Notes under the pieces: model-generated
Told to the model about the DNA's origin: nothing
Seen by the model: only the letters and a program-made list of their open reading frames with translations
Databases searched by the model: none
Shown: piece by piece, positions 49,705 to 64,000 of the stretch
Position numbering within the stretch: the stretch's first letter is position 1
Layout of the letters: each line of letters opens with the position of its first letter
Translations under genes and position numbers: made by a program
Assembly (NCBI GenBank): GCA_965153355.1
Contig: OZ231126.1
Span: forward strand, 25,978,001 to 26,042,000
Length of the DNA: 64,000 nt
Direction: 5' to 3'
Source of the DNA: Flaccisagitta enflata
Taxonomy: Eukaryota

Positions 49705-52044
49705 CTATGGGGCATTGCGTAGTACATCCGCATTGATATGTTTTTCTTCACTATGGATTTTGACATGTTTTGTTAAATCACAGGTACGAGAGAAGGTCGA
49801 TGGACAAGACTCACATTTAAATGGCTTCTCTTTAGTGTGCACTTTTTTGTGCCTCTTCAAGGCACTGCTGCGAGAAAAGGAAGACGGACAAGAATTGCAT
49901 TTGTAAGGTTTTTCCCCAGTGTGTTTTCTGGAATGGAGCGTTAACTGAGAACGACGAGGGAAAACAGAAGGACACGATTCACACTTAAATGGTCTTTCCC
50001 CTGAATGAGTTCTCTTATGAATTGTTAAGGAACCACGAGCACGGAAAGAAGATGGACACACATCACACTTATAAGGTTTTTCCCCGGTGTGAGTTCTGAC
50101 ATGGGCTGTTAGATTTCCCTTTACAGAGAAGGCATATGGACAGAACTCACATTTGTATGGCTTTTCGTTTGTGTGACTTTTTAGGTGTACTCTTAATGCA
50201 CTACTCGAAGAAAAGGAGGCTGGGCAGGTACCGCATTTGTATGGTTTTTCACCAGTGTGAGTTCTGACATGTGCTGTCAATCTCCAGCGAGTAGAGGTAG
50301 CAAATGGACAGAATTCACATATGTATGGCGTTTGCTCAGTCGAAAATCTGGCAGGTTTTTCCAAGCAAGTTGATTGAGAAATCATAGAGGGACGTATCTC
50401 ACACATGTTTGGCGTTTCTTTTGTGTCAGATTTATTTGACTTTTGTTTGGTGTGACTTCTAACATGTCTCCTTAAAGCGCCACTTTCAGAAGAAGCATAT
50501 GGACATTCATCACACTTATATGGTTTTTCTCCGGTATGTATCCTCACATGCGTTTTCAAATGAATCTTTTGAGAAAAAGCAGATGGACAAAATTCACATT
50601 TGAAAGGTTTTTCCCCAGTGTGTGTTCTAACATGGGCAATCAAAGAACTTCCACCTGCAGAGGCATATGGACATATGTCACACTTGTATGGTTTTTCTCC
50701 AGTATGCGTTCTCGCATGCCTTCTCAAATAACTTCTTTGAGAGAAAGCTGATGGACAATGTTGACATTTGAATGGTTTTTCCCCAGTGTGTGTTCTGATA
50801 TGTTTTCTTAAAGAAGCACTGTCAAAAGAAGCATATGAACAAGTATCGCAATTGTACAGTTTTTCTTTTCGATTTTCTGCAATGTGAGTTCTTCCATGGA
50901 TTCTCAGATTTCTGCTGTTGGATGTGGTAAATGGGCATGAATCACATTTGTAAGATTTTTCTCCGGTGTGAATCTTGCTATGTTTGTGCAAAAGATGTTG
51001 TTGAGAAAAAGAAAGTAGGCATAACTCACATTTGAATGGCTCCTCTTCACCAGTTCTTTCAGGTTGCGTGAAATCATCACTTTCATAGAGGTAGGATGAG
51101 CAGTTTTTTGATATGTTTGGCTTTTTTCCGGAGTGAGTCATTTTGTGCCTCCTAAAAGCGCTGCTACTAGAGAAAGAGGATGAACATTTTGTGCAATTGA
51201 AAGATCTTACCCCAGTGTGATTTCTGACATGCTGTCTTAACGCACTACTTCCAGAGCATGTATACGAACAAATATCACATCTGAACGGTTTCTCCCCTGT
51301 GTGAGTTCTGATATGCATTGTTAAGCTGCTACTTTGAGTACAAGCGTATGGACATAAATCACACTTGTACGGTTTTTCTCCAGTATGTCTTCTCACATGA
51401 GATTGCAAATAAGCCTTTTGAGAGAAAGCAGATGGACAAAAATCACATTTGAATGGTTTTTCCCTATTGTGTGTTTTGACATGGTTTGCCAAAGCACTGC
51501 GATCAGAGAAAGCAGATGGACAAAATTTACATTTGTATGGTTTTCCTCCAGTATGAGTTCTTATATGCATTGTTAAATGACTCCTTTGAGAAAATGAAGA
51601 TGGGCACAATTTACATTTGTATGCCTTTCCTCCAGCATGAACCTTTGCATGGTTTTTCAAATGGGCTCGTTGTGAGAAGGCAGAAGGACATAACTCACAC
51701 TTGAAAGGTTTTTCTTTGGTGTGAGTTCTGATGTGCGTGGTAAAATGAACTTTTTGCGAGAAAGAGGACGGACATTGTTCGCATTTGAAAGGTTTTTCTC
51801 CAGTGTGAGTTCTGATATGTGTTGTCAGATGTGACCGTTGGGAAAAAGTAGCAGGACATAATTCACATTGGAATATTTTTTCCGAGGTTTGCATTTTCAA
51901 GTGAGTCCTGATGTGTGATTTGAGTTGGTTTTTTTGAGAAAATGAAAAAAGACAGACATTACATTTATGTGTTTTTGTGTCGTCTGGAGATTCAGTTTGT
52001 CCCTTGTCTTTTGGATCGAATCTTATTGAATGGTCATCTTCCAT
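49705..52044 (-). CDS. Tandem C2H2 (Kruppel-type) zinc-finger protein, 779 aa, 24 intact plus 2 degenerate fingers
   Basis: Repeated CX2C-X12-HX3H with TGEKPY/F linkers in one uninterrupted ORF; a pyrimidine tract and AG ~40 nt upstream of the ATG may indicate an upstream exon. Confidence 0.93.
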   Translation of the reverse strand: MEDDHSIRFDPKDKGQTESPDDTKTHKCNVCLFSFSQKNQLKSHIRTHLKMQTSEKIFQCELCPATFSQRSHLTTHIRTHTGEKPFKCEQCPSSFSQKVHFTTHIRTHTKEKPFKCELCPSAFSQRAHLKNHAKVHAGGKAYKCKLCPSSFSQRSHLTMHIRTHTGGKPYKCKFCPSAFSDRSALANHVKTHNREKPFKCDFCPSAFSQKAYLQSHVRRHTGEKPYKCDLCPYACTQSSSLTMHIRTHTGEKPFRCDICSYTCSGSSALRQHVRNHTGVRSFNCTKCSSSFSSSSAFRRHKMTHSGKKPNISKNCSSYLYESDDFTQPERTGEEEPFKCELCLLSFSQQHLLHKHSKIHTGEKSYKCDSCPFTTSNSRNLRIHGRTHIAENRKEKLYNCDTCSYASFDSASLRKHIRTHTGEKPFKCQHCPSAFSQRSYLRRHARTHTGEKPYKCDICPYASAGGSSLIAHVRTHTGEKPFKCEFCPSAFSQKIHLKTHVRIHTGEKPYKCDECPYASSESGALRRHVRSHTKQKSNKSDTKETPNMCEIRPSMISQSTCLEKPARFSTEQTPYICEFCPFATSTRWRLTAHVRTHTGEKPYKCGTCPASFSSSSALRVHLKSHTNEKPYKCEFCPYAFSVKGNLTAHVRTHTGEKPYKCDVCPSSFRARGSLTIHKRTHSGERPFKCESCPSVFPRRSQLTLHSRKHTGEKPYKCNSCPSSFSRSSALKRHKKVHTKEKPFKCESCPSTFSRTCDLTKHVKIHSEEKHINADVLRNAP

Positions 52045-52172
52045 TCTTAGACGTCTGATGGGCTCGTAGGAGAAACTATTTTGATACTATTCAGAAGTAC
52101 GTTGGGAGGCAAAGCACGAGAGAAAGGTAGAAGTGAAAATGCGTTTGAGCTTCCAGTCCCCTTTTCTCTTAT

Positions 52173-56487
<4,315 letters not shown>

Positions 56488-57204
56488 AGGGATGGAAATT
56501 GAAAGAGATTGAATGTGATGCATCGATTTGAGGGCGGAGTCACGACGGAAATCGTGGATATACACAACAACCAAAGGTGGAGACAAGAATAGAGGAAAGA
56601 TGAGGAGGAAGGGGAGGAGGAAGAAAGAGGAAAGAGGAGGAAGAAGAGAGAGGAAAAGAAGAGAAAAGAAAGGAAGGGCAAAGAAGGAGGAAAATAGGAA
56701 GGAAAGGAAGGCTGAAGGGGTTAGTCGAAGGAAACCGATCCATCTTCCTCATATTCACCCTGACCGACAACCGGAGGTTGACTGTGACGTTGTAGGAGAC
56801 GTAGATGACGACGATGAAGACGATGATGACGACGATGACGACGTTGAAGACGATGAAGGCCAGAATTCAAGTCGATTGTATGGGTCCAAGTTGACTCCAT
56901 GACCGAGAGGGAGAGAGAAAGAGTCGGGAAGCTGCCATTAACTGCATCTTGCGTGCATGTCATGAATACATTCATGGTGTCACTGCCGTGTCACTCCCGT
57001 CACTGGCATCTATAACGTCGTTGGTAGATACAATGTACGGCCGTTTCCTATTCTCCCGTACATTTCCGTCGACTCTATCGTCGTCGTCGTCGTCATTGCC
57101 GTCATTGTCATCCTTGTATTGGTCAGCGTCATGTCAACCGTGCGCGTGATTTTGTGATCTGTCAAAGTTTTTGGCCATAGCAGTGAAACACTGTAGCGCG
57201 GGGA

Positions 57205-57255
<51 letters not shown>

Positions 57256-57490
57256 TTCAGGAATAAAAACACAGTGGAAATGTAAAAGAGAGGAAGGAAG
57301 AGGTTTGGCAAGGAAATTGATCGGTGACAATTGTCACATGGAATGGTCCAAGCTTCGGGGTATCTCCTATTTATACGGAGAGCAACATTGCACGTGACAT
57401 ACGTAAATGACGGAGACGACAATGACGATAACGACGATCACGACGATAACGGTTAAGAGAATGACGATGTCGAAGTTTTTACTTGGTCAG

Positions 57491-57540
57491 TGGTCACGTG
57501 GTGTGACCGGAAACGATATGGAGGAACGAACTTCCGTTTA
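57491..57540. promoter_or_regulatory. Possible promoter-like motif cluster (E-box GGTCACGTGG, Ets-type CCGGAA and ACTTCCG)
   Basis: Motif match only, in unique CpG-containing sequence ~5.5 kb upstream of the zinc-finger ORF. Confidence 0.25.
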
Positions 57541-58187
57541 AGACAGGAAGAATTAGTTGTTTCGTTTGCATAGTTAGAAACGACTGCCATAAACCGAAGG
57601 GTTGATTCGTTCAATGCTGTTCAGTTTCAAGCACGGAGAATTCTGAAATATAAACTGAAAGGCGACTCTAGAATCTCCGAATTATAACAAACTGTCAAAA
57701 ACTCACTAATTCTGTTCATGTCAAACCATCTGGATAGATATATTGGCAAGATGTTCGTAATACAGCTTATCGCTTTTCAATGACTATCCATCCGATTAAC
57801 CAAATAAGTTGAGCCTTGCCACCCTGTCTCTATCCTCAACATTTCTGATTCTTCATCTTTTACTGTATCCATAATCAGCCCCGCCCACACTTACTATCTA
57901 CGCTGAGATTTTCAAATCTTATATCCACTGAGCTCTTTTCACTCTCCCTCGTGTACATGTTATCTCGGTGTAAGCATGTAATTCTCAATTTCAATCACCA
58001 AGAGAGTCCTTTCTAGTTTGCAAACCCAAATCTCCTCATCACTCTCCATCTCTCTCCCATCTCCTTGGAGCTGACTGCTGCCCCTCTCGGTAGTCTATTT
58101 CTTCACTTATCGGAGAGACTGCTTGACTGAGGACTCCTCGAGTTCTTCATTTGAATTTCTAATCATTTGATCGCCAAAAGTCTACTC

Positions 58188-58650
58188 GCCTTTGCGTTTA
58201 CGTTCACTTGGTCTTGCCTATGCTTTTACTTGGCTTTGCCTTTGCCTTTGCCTTCGCCTTTACTTGGTTTCTCCTTCGCCCTTACTGGGCTTTGGCTTGG
58301 CCTTTTCATGGCTTTACTTTCCCCTTTACTTAGCTTTGCCTTCAACTTTACTTGGCTTTGCCTTTGCCTTTACTGGGCTTTGACTTGATCTTTAATTGGC
58401 TTTTCCTTCCCCTTGAATTGGCTTTACTTTCCCCTTTACTTAGCTTTGCCTTCGCCTTTACTTGGCTTTGCCTTCTCCTATTTTTGGATTTGCCTTTTCT
58501 TGGCTTTGCCTTTGCCTAATCTTAAATTTGCCTTTTCTCGGATTTCGCCTTTATTGGGCTTTGCCTTCGCCTTCATTGGATTCGCCCTTTATTGGATTTG
58601 CCTTTACTCGGCTTTGCCTTTGCATTTACTTGACTTTGCCTTCTTCTTGA
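58188..58650. repeat. Degenerate ~22-bp minisatellite (TTGGCTTTGCCTTCGCCTTTAC)
   Basis: Many diverged units visible directly. Confidence 0.8.
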
Positions 58651-58765
58651 AAAATCTTTACCTCAGCCTTCACATGATTTTAGCGCTATAGCTTTCGTCT
58701 CCATCGGTGCACTGCTTCAACCCGATTCTATTCTCACTGAGATTCTCACGGTGCTCCAAAACATA

Positions 58766-59274
58766 CAGTAGATGTCGTCTAGACTTGGAAATAGGGGGGA
58801 GCTCATAACCTCAGCATCAGTAAAGTGAGGGGACTGATATTTTGCTAGTGTAATGTATAGACCCTAAGGGGTTGACGATGGGGTATGGCATCCCCCTACG
58901 GCTTACCTTACAAAAAAAACTTTTAGTATAAAATATTACGATCAATCACTTTTATAGCAGAATTTCAGCTTCATCTATTTGCTTTAATTGCAAAACCAGC
59001 TTGGGATTCGAACCTGGAACTTTTAAAGAAATAACTTGATTAAGATAAATTTGAGGTCAAATGAGTTAACCACTAAACCAATTCTAGCAGCTGTTTAAGC
59101 AGAGCAAATTTGATTTAGTATATTCAAAAGAATTTTCTATCCACAGAGCTGCCATACCCCATCGTCAACCCTATGGGACAAAAGCATTATACAGACATAA
59201 TTTCATTTCATTGGCACAAATGGTAGTTAGGATATGAGGGCCCCCATATTTCCAAGTCTAGACGACATCTACTG
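58766..59274. mobile_element. Tc1/mariner(pogo)-type MITE related to 23409-23954, TA TSD
   Basis: TIR CAGTAGATGTCGTCTAGACTTGGAAATA. Confidence 0.85.
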
Positions 59275-60004
59275 TACTAAACCCGAAGCTTATTCCATGT
59301 ATTTATCAATAAACGCTTTCACAAGAATGCAAGAATTAAAAAACAAAATAATCACATGACAATAATCTATTGAACAAATGCCTTAGGAGCCAAATTTTTA
59401 CTTAGGTATCGTGGGCATAAAAACTGCGGATGAACAAATAAACTGACTGACCAACAGATTGATCAACAAAGCCTTTTCCAACTTTAGGAGACAAAACGCG
59501 ACACCAAGAGATCAATTGACTTGTTGATTGATTGATTGAATAATTGATTGAGATTGTAGCATGGACAGGAAATTTACAATCAGTGAAAGTACATCAGAAT
59601 ACTCTTCTTTAAAGAATAAACTCAAGTCGTGTCAGTGATGACTTTGTTTTGCCATTTGCAAGCGATCTTTGTAACAAAGCCACCAAGATATGGCAGGACC
59701 AATCAACAGATCCTGCCGTTTGTTACACCTCTTGACTGAGTAACTGTCTGACCAACTAACCAAATAAATAATAGACCGACTGACCGTAGAATTGGCAGCG
59801 AGCAAAAGAAATAAATATCAACATTGACCCTCAAAATTTTATTGACAGTGATATTCTTTACTTCTTATAGATTCTAAGTGGATCACTGTGTCATGCTTTA
59901 ATGTGAGCCAAGAACATGTTTTATGTAACCTTCAAATATATACAGAAGTTTTCTTTTTTCACTCTCTCTCTTTCTCTCTGTCCCTGTCTTTGTCTCTGTC
60001 TCTG

Positions 60005-61994
<1,990 letters not shown>

Positions 61995-63624
61995 AGGTGT
62001 GGCAATGTATCATTTTCCGAGGCAAGTGTCCCGCCCAATTCTCCGGTTTCATTCTCTCATTCCTCTATGTTTTGTGTGTGTGTGTGTATTTGTCTGAATC
62101 TGAATCTGAATCTATGCTCTGACCACCCTCGTGTCTTCCCAACAATATCGCTGTCAATCTGACAGTCGAGGGGAGGAGCAGCAGGAGCCAGGAGGAGGAG
62201 GAAGACCAGCGTGGGTCGCCGATCCATCTTCCCCGCAAAGTCCCACTGACTGACATCTGACAAGAGTGACAGAAAAATCTCAAACTTGGAGAAGATTTTC
62301 TCAATCTCTCTCCTCTTCTTCCTCTTCCTCCACCTCCTCCTCATCCTCTCTCTTCATCCTCATTTCTTTTTCTTTGTTATTTCTTGTTTAATTTTCTGAA
62401 AGGTGTCCTTCTCACCACCACGAAAGGGACAACCACCTAACAAACAGCACTTTTGAAATTTCAATGCCACTTTACAGACCTAAAAATGTCCAGCTCTACC
62501 GGGTCATTAGCCTGAGATGCCGGATAATGATAAGCTTTTTCTCAGAGATGCCATGGAACTTGGATTTCTGATTGATTGTCACTTAAAGAGTATAGATTGA
62601 CGTTCTTTGTGTCAAAATTTCATGAACCTGGGTCCAGTGGTTTGGATTCTACATAACTTTTAACATAACACTTCCTATCTGCCACAGGCCACATTTTCTT
62701 TGGTAATGAAGGAACTGGGCATTTTCACTTAGCTCTTATTTTGCAACATTTTGATGCAGAGACAAAAAGTTGGTCTTGAATGAAAGATGAATTGACCAAC
62801 TTATGAACCGCCATCAAATAATCTTTCACTCTGGACTGATTTTGTGTTTCCAGCTCAAAGTAATGAAGAAAGATACTAATTTGAAAATGTGCTCTCTGAC
62901 AATTTTTATCCAAAATTCTGATATTGAGGGTGTAGGGATGGTGATCCCATCCATATCGTCCTTTTGGTCCTTCCAATAAATCTGTTTCTTCTTCTGAGAG
63001 ATGATTAGGTTTTACTTCAAAAGCTTATAAAATCCAAACCACTTGACCTAAGATGATGAAATTTTGATATAGGAAACATCAATGTATACTCTTTAAAAGG
63101 AAACCAAGTAAAAATTCGAGATCCATGGCATCTCTGAGTAAAAGCTTAAAAGAATCCGACATCTCAGGCTGATAACCCGGTAATTTCAATTGCCAACACA
63201 TCTCCAAATTCATCACCACCACTTCCCACCACCTCTGCATCACCACCGCCACCTGTTTTAGTAGTAATACAACGACCACCACCATCGTCTTTACTACCAA
63301 CATATCCCCTACCAAAAACAGAACCTCCACCACCACTCATCATTCAGTTTGCCCTACTTCGAAGTTTTCTTCTCTTTTTCTTCACGGTATGAAATCTAGA
63401 CTTGAAACATCCGTTTTGGCCTCCGGGTTTAATTAGGCTTTCGGGACTCTGATTATCGACCTAAATTACGAGGATAAGGTAACCGCCATCGTTTTGTTCT
63501 CAAAAAAGACGTTATTATTTCCCTTTTCTGACCTTCGGGCATGATTTGAGGGGAAAGGTGAAACATTGCTTGTTCGGGAGATTTTGATGGAATTGAGATG
63601 AAAAAAAGAAAAAGAAAGCAGACA

Positions 63625-63731
63625 AAAACAAAACAAAACAAAACAAAACAAAACAAAACAAAACAAAACAAAACAAAACAAAACAAAACAAAACAAAACA
63701 AAACAAAACAAAACAAAACAAAACAAAACAA
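63625..63731. repeat. (AAAAC)n microsatellite
   Basis: Direct. Confidence 0.97.
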
Positions 63732-63931
63732 AAGAAAAATCATGTGGGGGATCAAGAAGTAGGCTTCCCCCCCCCAAAAAAAAAGGAACATCAGAAATAA
63801 TCGATGCCAAACCTGAAATTGTCCGGAGGAGAAAATCACCCTTTTTCACAGTTACTTAACTACCAGACCTTATTCTCTCCCCTTCTCCCCATTCATCGCA
63901 CACATTCGCAGTGCCACTTCTTTTCTGTCAC

Positions 63932-64000
63932 TTTTTAGTCGCGTGCTACGCGACTCTACACCCCGCTTTGTCCGTCGGTTGTTTGGTCGGTCGGTTGCTT
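63932..64000 (+). mobile_element. Helentron-like family A 5' end (runs off the window); partial copies also at 1-80, 26252-26365, 48830-48950, 54966-55085
   Basis: TTTTTAGTCGCGTGCTACGCGACTCTACACCCCGC. Confidence 0.75.

Noticed and set aside
59000-59020. B-box-like GGGATTCGAACC as a tRNA or SINE
   Set aside because: No A-box or cloverleaf; lies inside a MITE.

Overview
TE-dense, microsatellite-rich eukaryotic DNA, most likely an invertebrate animal; no prokaryotic operons, CRISPR, rRNA or tRNA genes were recognised. (1) A 14.0-kb BEL/Pao LTR retrotransposon on the minus strand (5357-19393) with near-identical 553/554-bp LTRs and a GGGGG TSD. It has an intact 898-aa gag, a duplicated and frameshifted pol, and an intact ~523-aa extra ORF of unknown function. 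It lacks a tRNA primer-binding site; instead a 10-nt sequence abutting the 5' LTR is exactly complementary to a site inside the LTR, the geometry of Tf1-type self-priming. (2) A large inverted duplication (left arm ~83-24989, right arm ~26335-36030, ~6.7 kb shared). Its arms carry different later insertions, so empty sites define TE ends and TSDs exactly, and it contains near-identical non-coding islands. (3) Many non-autonomous DNA elements: two families of Helentron/DINE-1-like elements, TA-TSD MITEs, a Chapaev-like MITE, palindromic 5-bp-TSD MITEs and a 3.2-kb foldback element. (4) One clear host gene, a 779-aa ORF with 24 tandem C2H2 zinc fingers (49705-52044, minus). All alignments and counts were made by eye.
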